From positions 288,001 through 352,000 of the forward strand of contig CAWGMQ010000005.1 of NCBI GenBank assembly GCA_963823665.1: a stretch of DNA of 64,000 bases, given 5' to 3'. This document shows, piece after piece, positions 54,363 to 64,000 of the stretch (its first letter is position 1; every line of letters starts with the position of its first letter). The position numbers were made by a program, and so were the translations under genes. The notes beneath the pieces are model-generated. The model did no database searches, was not told the origin of the DNA, and worked only from the letters and a program-made list of their open reading frames with translations. This DNA is from an uncultured Planctomycetota bacterium (GTDB lineage: Bacteria; Planctomycetota; Planctomycetia; Isosphaerales; Isosphaeraceae).

Positions 54363-56014
54363 GAGGCTGTCATCTTTTGGCCGCGTTGCGGTAACTCGGC
54401 CGTTGGGCCTAGTCGGCTGTGATTCACCGCTTGGTCGCTCGGTTAGTGCCGCCGATTCACGCCAGTTCTCCAATAGCCCAGCCGTTGACGCAAACGCGCT
54501 TTCCTATTTTGTCCCTTTTTTGCAAAGTACCGCTCATTCCGCCAGTTTGCCCATCGCTCGGCGCAGTCTCCCTGCGACAACCAGGTTGTGAGCAATTGCA
54601 AACAACAATGCGACGGCGCGGCAACGCGGTTGGCCACGCACGGGCATAAACCAGAATCCTCGATTGCGAGCCTGGGCGTTGACCCACTCGGCTGTTTGGC
54701 CTCGCAGCCGGTAGATCAGCTTCGCGGCCTCGGTCCCCATTCGGATCCGCCAAGCGGCAACCGCTTCGCTGTCGCCCTTCTTTGCGGTGTAGGGATCTTC
54801 TCCATTTGCCTGTTTCTTTTTCTCGTCTCTGATCGGCCCGTATACGATGCAGCCGCGTTGGGCCGCCTGATCGATCGAGTCCTTGGTCGTGAAGCCACCG
54901 TCAACCAATGCCTCATCCGGAATTCGTTCGTAACGCTCCTCCAACTGGTCGAGCATGGGCGGAAGTTCTTCGCCATCGTTCCCTGCGTTGGTCACCTCCA
55001 CACCCACAATCACACCGCTTTCGGTGTCTGTTGTGAATTGAACGTTATATCCCGGCCGGAATCCTCCGTCTGGAAACTTCATGATCCTCGCGTCGGGGTC
55101 GGTGGTCGAAGCACGCGCTTCCCGCCCCTTGCGGCCGTAGGACTCGTCACGTTCGCGTTGCAGCTCCTCGCACTGCCGCATCGCTTCTTCGATCCGTTGC
55201 TGTCGCTTGTTGGCGGCACGCTCCCGCGCCGCTCGCTGCCGTCGAGTCAGCTCTGCTGTGTCCTCCTCGGCCAGTTTCTTCAGCGCCTCAACCTGCTCCT
55301 TCGCCGCTTTCAGGCACTCCTCCAGGCTACCGCGACGACGAAACGAGCTCTTGCCCGCGCTGGCACGCACTCTCATTCCGTCCTGAGCGACCCGGTCCAT
55401 TTTCACCAACCCGGCATGGAGCAGGGTGCCCACGATCTGCGTGAGCAGTTCGTTCAACTTCTCGCCCCCACAAGCGAGGAAGTGGGACAACATGCTGTGG
55501 TTGACGGTTACGCCGCCGCACAGCCACTGGTACGGCAGACTCCCTTGGTTCTTTTCGCACAGCCGTTCGATTTCACGGGCGCTGCCGACTCCCTTCAATG
55601 TGGCGAAAACCCGCAATCCGACCAGCAAGCGCGGGTCGGTGGCATCTCGGCCGACATGTCGCTCGACGGCCTTGATCTCGCCGAGCCAGGCTTTCAGATC
55701 GAGCTTGCAGACCGCCGCCCAGACGACCCGGGCCGGATGGTCGGCCTCGAGCAATTCATCGAGCGATGCCCAGCGCATCTCGATCTGGTCGCGTACGGGA
55801 CACCGCAGCCGCGGCTTGCCAGTTGGCATCGACTGGGCAGCCTGGGCGGGAGAGGGCTGATCGGGCAAGTCTTCTGGGCTAAAGAGAGGAAGTGTCATGA
55901 CGCTCGTCCTGCAACACCGGGGCTGCGTGGGGCTCATGCGGCGGACTACATGCATGGTATTAGAACGTGAACACTATACAAAATCAACCCCAACGCCGAA
56001 AAAATCACAGCCTC
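54363..56014 (-). mobile_element. IS1182-family insertion sequence
   Basis: Terminal IRs GAGGCTGT(C/G)AT(C/T)TTTT; flanking duplication GGA (or CGGAG if the ends are taken one base inward). Confidence 0.88.
54534..55898 (-). CDS. IS1182-family transposase
   Basis: LDELLEADHPAR, GRDATDPR, SAREIERLC, VAQDGMRVRASA, STTDPDAR, GYNVQ, LVDGGF and YRLRGQTAEWV. Confidence 0.92.
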   Translation of the reverse strand: MTLPLFSPEDLPDQPSPAQAAQSMPTGKPRLRCPVRDQIEMRWASLDELLEADHPARVVWAAVCKLDLKAWLGEIKAVERHVGRDATDPRLLVGLRVFATLKGVGSAREIERLCEKNQGSLPYQWLCGGVTVNHSMLSHFLACGGEKLNELLTQIVGTLLHAGLVKMDRVAQDGMRVRASAGKSSFRRRGSLEECLKAAKEQVEALKKLAEEDTAELTRRQRAARERAANKRQQRIEEAMRQCEELQRERDESYGRKGREARASTTDPDARIMKFPDGGFRPGYNVQFTTDTESGVIVGVEVTNAGNDGEELPPMLDQLEERYERIPDEALVDGGFTTKDSIDQAAQRGCIVYGPIRDEKKKQANGEDPYTAKKGDSEAVAAWRIRMGTEAAKLIYRLRGQTAEWVNAQARNRGFWFMPVRGQPRCRAVALLFAIAHNLVVAGRLRRAMGKLAE

Positions 56015-56099
56015 GGAGCGAAGGGCGACAATGGGCGAAGATACGCGTGAGACTGACCACTCCCGGCACGAAAGTCAGCGAATTGGAAGCCTCATATCG

Positions 56100-56350
56100 C
56101 GCCCAGCATCCGGTGGACCAGTCTTCCACAAGCAGATTCGGAATCCGTTGGAAGTCGCGAAGATTCCGCGAGACCAAGACACCTCCGTGCTCCAGCACGA
56201 TCGCAGCAATCCGCAAATCCATCTTTCGCACGTTGAGTTTCAACTTTTTCAACAACATAAAGGCTCATGGGATTTCCGGATCGTCTTCGATTTTCTGGCG
56301 ATATGCCTCGATTTCCGCTCGCCAACGATCGAAGAGAGGCTCGTCTCGAT
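56100..56350 (-). pseudogene. Internally deleted toxin-antitoxin pair (antitoxin C-terminus plus VapC PIN)
   Basis: DEPLFDRWRAEIEAYRQKIEDDPEIP* overlaps (ATGA) MSLYV, which jumps straight to LKKLKLNVRKMDLRIAAIVLEHGGVLVSRNLRDFQRIPNLLVEDWS. Confidence 0.75.
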
Positions 56351-56422
56351 TCACAGAGAAAACGGGTGGCCTGGTTGTAACTGCCGAACTCGCACTCATA
56401 GACTGGAACGGGGGGGAGAGCG

Positions 56423-57061
56423 TTGAGGATCGTCTGGATACTCGTCGCGGTAATCGCCATTTTACTAGCGCTCAGTCTGGCCTGGCGGTGGGCCAGTCGA
56501 AGACGGTCGCTCCCTTGCCCGGCGCTTCTGGCATGGACCCTCGAGAACCCAATCCTCCAGCGGTTCAACGGCACAAGGCTCGTCCTGGATCGGTTGGGGC
56601 TACGGCCCGGACAGCACGTCTTGGAGATTGGGCCGGGGCCGGGACGGCTGCTCATACCGGCCGCGAACCACGTGCTTCCCGACGGTGAAGCCGTCGGGAT
56701 CGATATCCAACCGGCGATGATCACACGGCTCGAGCGCCGCGCCGATCAGGCAGGAATCACCAACTTGAAGGCCATTCTCGGTGATGCAGCCCAACCCCAC
56801 GTGCCTGAAGTGAGCTTCGACGTCGTCTTCCTGTGTGCGGCACTCGGTGAGATCCCGGATCGCGCTGCCGCTCTGGCGCAGGCTTATCGCGCGCTCAAGC
56901 CGGGAGGGGTCCTGTCGATCACGGAGATGTTCGGCGATCCTCATTACCAGACTCGATCGGTCGTCGAGCGGCTTGGTCTGGAAGCGGGATTTCGCCTGCA
57001 ATCTCTCCGCGGCGGCTGGTGGCTCTTCACGGCTGATTTCATCAAACCCGTTGCCGCGTGA
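56423..57061 (+). CDS. Class I SAM-dependent methyltransferase with N-terminal TM
   Basis: VLEIGPGPG, GIDIQ, FDVVFL and ALKPGGVL. Confidence 0.88.
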   Translation: MRIVWILVAVIAILLALSLAWRWASRRRSLPCPALLAWTLENPILQRFNGTRLVLDRLGLRPGQHVLEIGPGPGRLLIPAANHVLPDGEAVGIDIQPAMITRLERRADQAGITNLKAILGDAAQPHVPEVSFDVVFLCAALGEIPDRAAALAQAYRALKPGGVLSITEMFGDPHYQTRSVVERLGLEAGFRLQSLRGGWWLFTADFIKPVAA

Positions 57062-57077
57062 GCGGTCAACAATGGTG

Positions 57078-59168
57078 TCAAAAATCAAACTGATCGATGT
57101 TTTCCTTGGTGAAGACAAACGGCTTACCCAGCAGAATGTTGTCGCCTTTGATTTCGATCTTGCCGAGCCGGCCGGCTTCGATCGAGGTTGCGCCGGGCTT
57201 CAATGTCCCGTCTTTGAGCGCAGCCGCGGCCTTGACCGTCAGGTACCCCAGGTCCATCGTGTTCCAGAGGACGACGCAGTCGGTGATTCCTTCGTGGACA
57301 TAACGCTTGTTGTCATTGGGAAGACCGAGGCCGATCACCTTGACGTCGGTGCGGCCGGACTGCTTGACCGCTTCGGCGGCGCCGGGGACCGCCGGCGTGC
57401 AGATGGCCATGAAGAGCTTGACACTCGGGTCAGCATTCATCACGGTGTTGGCCTCGTCGAATGCCTTCTTCTGGAGGTCGTCGCAAGGCCGCAGCGCCGC
57501 CATCTTGATTTGAGGGTACTTCTCGAGCCGGCGGGCCTCGATCGTTTTTTGCCATTCGATCATGTTGCCCGCGGTGAGCGACGCTGTGATGATCGCGAAC
57601 GAGCCCTTGCCACCCAGCACGCGCGCGGCATTGTCCATCAAGGTTTGGCCGATCCCTTCCGGCGTCGCTTGATTGACGAAGAACTCGCGTGCCGTCGGGT
57701 CGGCGTCGGCGTCCCAGGTGAGCACCTTGATTCCGCGGTAGCGGGCCTTGCGCAGCACGGAGCTGATCCCCTCGCGGTTCTCGACGGCGACCGCGATCAC
57801 ATCCACCCCGCGCGTGATCCAGGTGTCGACCACCTCATTCTGTTTGGCAGGATCGGGATCGGTCGGCCCATCCCAGATGAGCTTGATTCCCAGCTCGCGC
57901 GCCGCTTCTTCAGCTCCCTTGCGGCACGCAATGAAATAGGCGTTGCCCTTGCTCTTGGGCATCATCGCCACGGTGATGGGCGAGGCAGCCGGCGCGGGCC
58001 TGGCGGCAGACGCGGATGCCGGCGAGGGCGCAGCCTCAACCCGGCCACGATCGCTTTTGAGCGAGTGCACGAGGAAATAGTTACCGGCCGCGTTGATCAG
58101 GGCCGCCGCCAGGATGGCCGCGCAGATCACGGCGACTTGCGAGTTCTTCACGGTCAAGGGCTCCGAGGAATGTTGGCTGTGGATCCTGGCCCCGGACGAA
58201 TGCCGGTCCAACCCGATCGCAACCAGGAGAAGCGTTCCCGTCAAGACGCCTGCCAGCTCGGACGGGAGGTCAGCGAGGCGCAGGCCGTTCTGAAGTACGG
58301 CGATCGCCAGCAGGCCGAGCAACGTGCCGGGAATGCTGCCGCGGCCGCCGAAGATCGACGTGCCACCGAGCACAACAGCCGTGATGGCCGCCAGCTCGTA
58401 GCCAGTGCCGGCGTCGGCCTTGGCCTGGCCGAGATGGGCGACGTAAATGATGGCGGCCAGGCTGGCGACCAGCCCCGAGAGAATGTAAGCCAGCATGAGG
58501 AGCCGCTCAACCCGCAGTCCGGCGTAGCGAGCACCCCCCGAGGAAAAGCCGATCGCCACCAGGCCGCGGCCGACGGTCATCCGATGCAGCAGCAACCAGA
58601 ACGCGATGGCGACCAGAATGAAGATCGGCAACTGCGCGGGGAGCCAGCCCAGGAGATAACCCTGCCCGAGAAACAGAAACCGTTCGGGAAACTGGGTGAA
58701 GTTGTCGACGCCGCCGGTGATGCCCTCGGCCAGCCCGCGGTACAGGGAGAAGGAACCGAGAGTCACGATCAGCGGCGGAATGCGCCCGCGCGTGATCAAG
58801 AAACCATTCACGAATCCGCCCGAGGCACCGAGGCAGAGGGCCAGCCCCGCGGCGGCGGCGGTTGGCATTCCGCCGTCGCGCCAGAGCTTGCCGAACACGA
58901 CCGCCGAGAGACCCATGAGTGACCCGACCGAAAGGTCGATGCCGCCGCTGGTGATCACGGGCGTCAAAGCCAGCGCGAGCAGGCCGATTTCCACGCAAAG
59001 ACGCAGGACCTCAAGACCGTTGGCGAGCGAGGCGAAATTGGTGCCGATCAGCGAGAAGACGACGATTTCCAGCACGAGGAGCAGCGCCAGGATCGCCTGT
59101 GCGGGCTCGAGGAGCTGCTGGCCGAGCGGATATCGGGTCGTCGCGGATGGTACGGGCACTCGCGTCAC
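57078..59168 (-). CDS. Sugar ABC permease fused to a periplasmic binding protein (RhaQ+RhaS-like)
   Basis: GGIDLSVGS and GYELAAITAVVLGG permease motifs, then in the same frame MPKSKGNAYF..KQNEVVDTWITRGVD..LWNTMDLGY..FTKENIDQFDF. Confidence 0.88.
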   Translation of the reverse strand: MTRVPVPSATTRYPLGQQLLEPAQAILALLLVLEIVVFSLIGTNFASLANGLEVLRLCVEIGLLALALTPVITSGGIDLSVGSLMGLSAVVFGKLWRDGGMPTAAAAGLALCLGASGGFVNGFLITRGRIPPLIVTLGSFSLYRGLAEGITGGVDNFTQFPERFLFLGQGYLLGWLPAQLPIFILVAIAFWLLLHRMTVGRGLVAIGFSSGGARYAGLRVERLLMLAYILSGLVASLAAIIYVAHLGQAKADAGTGYELAAITAVVLGGTSIFGGRGSIPGTLLGLLAIAVLQNGLRLADLPSELAGVLTGTLLLVAIGLDRHSSGARIHSQHSSEPLTVKNSQVAVICAAILAAALINAAGNYFLVHSLKSDRGRVEAAPSPASASAARPAPAASPITVAMMPKSKGNAYFIACRKGAEEAARELGIKLIWDGPTDPDPAKQNEVVDTWITRGVDVIAVAVENREGISSVLRKARYRGIKVLTWDADADPTAREFFVNQATPEGIGQTLMDNAARVLGGKGSFAIITASLTAGNMIEWQKTIEARRLEKYPQIKMAALRPCDDLQKKAFDEANTVMNADPSVKLFMAICTPAVPGAAEAVKQSGRTDVKVIGLGLPNDNKRYVHEGITDCVVLWNTMDLGYLTVKAAAALKDGTLKPGATSIEAGRLGKIEIKGDNILLGKPFVFTKENIDQFDF

Positions 59169-59169
59169 G

Positions 59170-60126
59170 TCACCGTCCCTCCCGGTAGAACGAATCCCAG
59201 GCGACGGCGAGCAGGATGACCAGGCCTTGAACGGCTTTTTCCCATTGGGGCTTCGCGCCCAGGAACGTGAGGTGTGGGTTGGTGCCCAGGAAGACGAGAG
59301 CCGGTGCGATCGAGCCGAGCAAGGCGACGCCGATCGCGGTGCCGGCCAGAGTGCCGCGGCCTCCGGAAACAGCCACACCTCCGACGACCACGGCCGCAAT
59401 GACCTGGAGCTCGAGGCCCGCGCCGGAATTGGGGTCAACATCGGCGAACCGGACGGCGTTGAGAAGCGCGGCCAGGCCGGCGAGTGCACCCATCGTCACG
59501 AAGACGGCGAAGATCACGCGCTGGGGGCGGATGCCCGCGAGCCGGGCTGCCTCGGGGTCGGAGCCCGTGGCGTAGACGAACCGACCCGCCGCCAGGGTAA
59601 AGAGCCCCCAGGCGAAGATCGCGATGACGGCCACCGCGATCGACACAACGACCCACTGGCCGGCGTTCTGGCCCAGACCGAACCACTGGAAGCCGTGCGG
59701 CAGGTTGCGCACGAATTCGCCTTCGCGCGCGTAGCGCAGCGATTCGCGCCAGATCACAAGGGTGGCCAGTGTGACGACGATTGAAGGCAAGCCGAGCCGT
59801 GCGATGAGGACACCGTTGATCGAACCCAAGAGCGCGCCGGCCGCGAGCGTCAAGAGGGCGACCAGTGCGATCGGCAAGCCTGCCTGTGCCAGAAGGCCGG
59901 CCACGACGCCGCAGATGCTGAATATTGAACCGATTGATATGTCGATCTGGCGGCAGAGGATCACGAGCGTCATTCCCACGGCGGCGACCAGCACCGGCGC
60001 GCTGCTGACGACAAACGCGCGAATCTGGTCGCGTCCAAAGAAGCGCGGTGCGGCGAGCGCCATGATGAGGAGGACAATTGCATAAGCGGAGGCGACAGAG
60101 AGCTCGCGGCGGTATCGCGCGATCAT
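59170..60126 (-). CDS. Sugar ABC transporter permease (RhaP/RbsC-like)
   Basis: QIDISIGS, LPSIVVTL, GSDPEAARLAGI and GLELQVIAAVVVGG. Confidence 0.92.
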   Translation of the reverse strand: MIARYRRELSVASAYAIVLLIMALAAPRFFGRDQIRAFVVSSAPVLVAAVGMTLVILCRQIDISIGSIFSICGVVAGLLAQAGLPIALVALLTLAAGALLGSINGVLIARLGLPSIVVTLATLVIWRESLRYAREGEFVRNLPHGFQWFGLGQNAGQWVVVSIAVAVIAIFAWGLFTLAAGRFVYATGSDPEAARLAGIRPQRVIFAVFVTMGALAGLAALLNAVRFADVDPNSGAGLELQVIAAVVVGGVAVSGGRGTLAGTAIGVALLGSIAPALVFLGTNPHLTFLGAKPQWEKAVQGLVILLAVAWDSFYREGR

Positions 60127-60196
60127 GTGGGCGCTCCGGAGGGGGAACGTGACGCACTTTCGCGGAGCGAAAGGCGACTTTCGGGCGATCGCGCGA

Positions 60197-61708
60197 TCAT
60201 GTGGGCGCTCCGGAGGGGGCAACGTGGCCGAGCGCGAGGTCGAGGATCGCTTCCTGGGTGGCTGCGGCGCGATCGAGCTCGCCGACGATCGCTCCGCCGT
60301 GCATCACCGCGATCCGGTCGCTCATGCCGAGGATCTCGGGCAGCTCGGAGGAGATCATCATGATCGCGAGTCCGCGGGCGGCGAGGTCGCTCATGAGCCG
60401 GTGGATCTCGGCCTTGGCGCCGACATCCACACCCTGGGTCGGCTCGTCGAGGATCAGGATTTCCGGCCTGGCGGCCAGCCAGCGGGCGAGCGCGACTTTC
60501 TGCTGATTGCCTCCGGACAGGTTGACCACCGGAGTTTCGAGCGAGGCGGTCTTGATCCCGAGCTGGGCGACGAGCCGGGCGGCCGCGGCGCGCTCGCGGC
60601 GAAAGTCGAGCAGGCCGAACCGCGAGACGGCGTGCAGAGTCGCGAGCGTGGTGTTGGCTGCGACGGGCATATCAAGGATCACTCCGTGCCGGCGGCGATC
60701 CTCGGGAACGTAGCCGATCCCGAGTGCGACGGCGCGTGCCGGCGAATTGATCGACACCGGCCGGCCACGAATGAGCAGCTCGCCCGCATCAGCCGGGGTG
60801 AGGCCAAAGAGAACTCGAGCCAGCTCGGTCCGACCGGCCCCGACCAACCCGGCGAGACCCAGGATTTCACCCGCACGCACGTGAAGCGACACGGCGTGCA
60901 CGCCCGTCGCGCGGCATCCCACTTCCCTGGCTTCGAGCACAACCTCGCCCGGCTCGACGAACGTCTTGGGAAATACCGCCGAAAGCTCGCGGCCGACCAT
61001 CATGCGGATCAGCTCGCCGCGAGTGACTTCCTCCATCGCTTGCGTGCCTACGAGTACGCCATCGCGCAGCGCCGTGACCCGGTCGGCCACTCGGGGAAGC
61101 TCCTCGAGGCGATGGGAGATAAAGACGATTCCGACACCCTGGGCCTTGAGCTCGTCGATCACGCGGAAGAGGCGGTCGACTTCCTTGTCGCTGAGCGAGG
61201 CCGTCGGCTCGTCCATGATCACGATGCGGGCGTCGGCCCCGAGCGCGCGCGCGATCTCGACCAACTGCTGCTCGGGCATCGACAGCGTGTTCACTTCCGA
61301 GAGGGGGGATATGGCCGCGCCGATTCGGTCAAGCAAGAGCCTTGCCCGCGCCCGGCGTCGGGACCAGCTCAGGCGCCGCCACGCACCCCTTCCCTCGAGC
61401 CCGATTGCGATGTTCTCGGCAACGGTGAGGTCGCCGAAGAGGGCGGGCTGCTGGTAGATCGCCGCGATGCCCAGGTCGCGCGAGGTTTGGGGGTCCAGGT
61501 CCGCGACCGGCTGGCCCTGGATCTCGATCGTGCCCGAGTCGGGAACATGGGCGCCGGTGATCACCTTGATCAGTGTCGACTTGCCCGCTCCGTTTTCCCC
61601 GACCAGGGCATGAACTTCACCGGCGCGCAGGTCGAACGAGACACGCTTGAGGGCGTCGACTCCCGCGAAGGACTTGCTGATCTCGATCAGCTTGAGCAAC
61701 GTGGACAA
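60197..61708 (-). CDS. Sugar ABC transporter ATP-binding protein (RhaT/RbsA-like, two NBDs)
   Basis: GENGAGKST, MDEPTASL, LSGGNQQKV and LDEPTQGVDVG. Confidence 0.95.
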   Translation of the reverse strand: MSTLLKLIEISKSFAGVDALKRVSFDLRAGEVHALVGENGAGKSTLIKVITGAHVPDSGTIEIQGQPVADLDPQTSRDLGIAAIYQQPALFGDLTVAENIAIGLEGRGAWRRLSWSRRRARARLLLDRIGAAISPLSEVNTLSMPEQQLVEIARALGADARIVIMDEPTASLSDKEVDRLFRVIDELKAQGVGIVFISHRLEELPRVADRVTALRDGVLVGTQAMEEVTRGELIRMMVGRELSAVFPKTFVEPGEVVLEAREVGCRATGVHAVSLHVRAGEILGLAGLVGAGRTELARVLFGLTPADAGELLIRGRPVSINSPARAVALGIGYVPEDRRRHGVILDMPVAANTTLATLHAVSRFGLLDFRRERAAAARLVAQLGIKTASLETPVVNLSGGNQQKVALARWLAARPEILILDEPTQGVDVGAKAEIHRLMSDLAARGLAIMMISSELPEILGMSDRIAVMHGGAIVGELDRAAATQEAILDLALGHVAPSGAPT

Positions 61709-61735
61709 GACGTTTTCCCCCGCTCAAGCCGTGAT

Positions 61736-61918
61736 TCAACCGCGTTCTTCCTGGCCCGACGCTTCAAACCCGGTGACGTCGTCGCCCTGCCAGCAATGTA
61801 GCGAAATGGCCACATCCCGGAGACGTGTGAGAGCCGTGTCGACATCGACTCCCCAATGCGCGTACTGCTCCCGCGCCAGCGCGAAAGCCCGTTCGTCACT
61901 CGTTTCCGTGGCGACCAT
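61736..61918 (-). pseudogene. rhaA: Truncated L-rhamnose isomerase
   Basis: [19 protein letters not shown]...[15 protein letters not shown] is the RhaA N-terminus; only about 60 aa are present. Confidence 0.85.
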
Positions 61919-62201
61919 GGCCTCGCCTTTTAATCTGCGGCGAAAGATTGTGGTGACCGTTGAAGCGGTCAATTCTGCCTGAACGCCGGGACCGCTGCCA
62001 GAGAGAGCCCCGGTCGGCGGGATTCATGCTGTGCGCCACGAGCGCGAGAGCCTCAATGCAATGCATGGATGGACATTCTAGATGAGCAAATCACTGATCC
62101 CTTGGACTTATGTCCGGTATCTCCTTGCGGTTTCGCCGTGAAACAATAGGATAGGGTAATCGGCAGTTTCAGGTCCATCATGCCCGAAAGGGGGAAAGTT
62201 C

Positions 62202-63387
62202 ATGCGAACTCGCCGGGGATTTACGCTGATCGAGTTGTTGGTCGTCATTGCCATTATCGCGATATTGATTGCCCTGCTGCTGCCGGCGATTCAAGCGGCG
62301 CGAGGCCGCGCGGCGGGCTCAATGCACGAACAACTTGAAGCAGCTCGGATTGGCGGCTCACAGCTACTTGTCGAATCAAGGAACGTTTCCACCGCTGGTG
62401 CAAAATGGAAGCTTCAACGTGTGGGGTAACACATTTGGAACGGTCGGGCGTTATTACGATCCCTGGCCGCTGGATTGGACGGCATCGCTGCTCGGTCAGC
62501 TCGAGCAGGTTCCTTTGTTCAATCAGTTGAACTTTTATGTCAGCTCGGGATGGCTTGGGCCGACATCGACCGGCTGGGACCCGCAGAACACGACGGTGCT
62601 GGCCACTCAGGTCGGGGTTCTGCTTTGCCCGTCGGAAGACAAGAAGATCACGATGATCGGGCCGGGGACACGCAGGAACTACGTGGCGAACGTGGGCGGG
62701 CCGGCGTCGTTCATGGCATGGAGCGGGGTTCTGGTCCCGCTCAAGGACAACCCGCCGTTCGACTACTGCGGCGTGTACTCGAACAGCAATAGTGGCGCGA
62801 CATTCGGGTTCGAGGGCATCACCGATGGCAGCTCGAATACGGCGCTGTTCAGCGAGACGCTTCTGGGCTCCGGACCAAGATCGCCGATCTCCTTTTCGGC
62901 CACAACGCGGCCAAGCACCTACGAGTGGTACGTGCCGCTTAACGTGTTCCCGGACCAGGGCCCTGCGGGCGGCTTTGCGGCCACGCAGTTCATGCAAGCC
63001 TGCAAGGCGCTGCCCGGAGTGTCACTCTCTATTGGAGTACTGCCGCCGGCCAACGGGAACATCTGGCTCGCGGGCAATCCGGGATCGAGCCTCTGCTGGG
63101 ACGCGTACAATCACTTCATGCCCCCCAACGGGACGAGCTGTGCCGCGCTCAATGACCCGAATGTGAATCCGGGCGGCTCAGGCGGCACGGGTCTTGGAAC
63201 CGCCGTCGGGGGGGGTTGGGGCACGTACATGGACGCGATCCCGCCGAGCTCGAACCATTCAGGCGGCGTCAACATCTGTTTCGCTGATGGGTCGGTGCGG
63301 TTTATCAAGAACTCGGTCCAGTTTCAAAACTGGTGGGCGATTGGAACTCGCAACGGCGCGGAGGCGCTCAGCTCTGACACCTATTAA
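62202..63387 (+). CDS. DUF1559 prepilin-type protein (frameshift near 62300)
   Basis: [53 protein letters not shown] and [18 protein letters not shown]. Confidence 0.95.
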
Positions 63388-63566
63388 TTTCATCGATTGA
63401 GCGTCGGCTCGCAGCGGCTCGAGGCCGTTGCGAGCCGACGGCATGCATGCTCCGAGGGAGGAATCAAGGCGGCGAAGCTCATTCCAGCCGAGACACCCTC
63501 TGGTCATGACGAGCCGTCGGCTTCCTGAAGACTGACCTTTCTAGTTTGGGATGGGAGTACAAATCG

Positions 63567-63836
63567 ATGCGTCGATCTTGCCTGGGAATTGCCGGGGTGC
63601 TGTTGGCCTCTGCGCTGGCCGGCTGTGGTGAAACCAAGGAAGAGGGGCCGGGGGCCTACAAGGGAACGAATTCCCCCGAAATCGAGGCGCTGTCCAAACA
63701 GATGCAGGAAAATATGAAGAACAAGTCGATCACGACCGCGGGCTCGGAAAAGACCGCCACGAAAAAGGATGCGGACAAGGACAAAGGCGCGGACAAGAAG
63801 CCGGCGGGCGATGCCGCACCGGAAAAAAAGAACTGA
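63567..63836 (+). CDS. Small Lys-rich lipoprotein
   Basis: Lipobox LAGC; such genes commonly follow DUF1559 genes. Confidence 0.7.
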   Translation: MRRSCLGIAGVLLASALAGCGETKEEGPGAYKGTNSPEIEALSKQMQENMKNKSITTAGSEKTATKKDADKDKGADKKPAGDAAPEKKN

Positions 63837-63872
63837 CAAAACGGGGTGGCGGGGAGGCCGGGCTGGGCTTCC

Positions 63873-64000
63873 TCACTTTTGCGCGTCCTGCGACGGTCTG
63901 GGCGCAGTTTTGAGGCTCGCGAGGAACTCGATCAAGTCACGCAGTTCCTTCTTGCTCAGCTTGGCGGCGACGTCGGCCGGCATGGCCGAGGGACCGCGCT
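63873..64000 (-). CDS. C-terminus of a PVC-type heme-binding/dehydrogenase protein (partial)
   Basis: ...RGPSAMPADVAAKLSKKELRDLIEFLASLK...*. Confidence 0.65.
   Translation of the reverse strand, partial: RGPSAMPADVAAKLSKKELRDLIEFLASLKTAPRPSQDAQK

Noticed and set aside
56835..61801. Long + strand ORFs (e.g. 56835..58922, 60125..61801; also 54588..55970)
   Set aside because: These are antisense shadows of real high-GC genes and have no recognisable motifs.
251..63387. Programmed frameshifting or mass pseudogenisation (DUF1501, propeller, BlaR1, ArnT, SGNH, LpxL, xseA, DUF1559)
   Set aside because: Scattered single-base indels in otherwise well-conserved genes, including xseA, fit long-read consensus error better.

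Overview
High-GC bacterial DNA, almost certainly Planctomycetota, probably Isosphaeraceae-like. This is inferred from DUF1553/DUF1501, DUF1559 prepilin, BlaI/BlaR1-TlpA, Ser/Thr kinase-TPR, Uma2 and DUF1080 genes. Many genes are split by single-base indels, which most likely reflect long-read consensus errors. Positions 1-36.4 kb are mostly core-type genes. They include the most interesting locus: a five-gene operon (MBOAT, two SGNH proteins, a stand-alone adenylation enzyme and an LpxL-family acyltransferase) beside a divergent block containing an ArnT-like gene. It looks like a hybrid of the Dlt and Vibrio Alm envelope aminoacylation pathways, with no carrier-protein gene in the window. Positions 36.5-56.4 kb are an accessory region. 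Four same-orientation copies of GTAGTGCCAAGGGCTGAAG delimit successive gene modules, the first carrying a HEAT-repeat protein, a lipoprotein, a structured leader RNA and a PP2C phosphatase. The region also holds toxin-antitoxin pairs, YhcG, a deleted RAYT transposase, many short gene fragments, several REP families and three IS elements (IS1634, IS4, IS1182). Two of the IS elements sit in REP hairpin loops. Positions 57-64 kb hold a rhamnose-type sugar ABC transporter with a permease-binding protein fusion, a truncated rhaA, and a DUF1559 gene. No rRNA, tRNA, CRISPR array, reverse transcriptase or integrase was seen.
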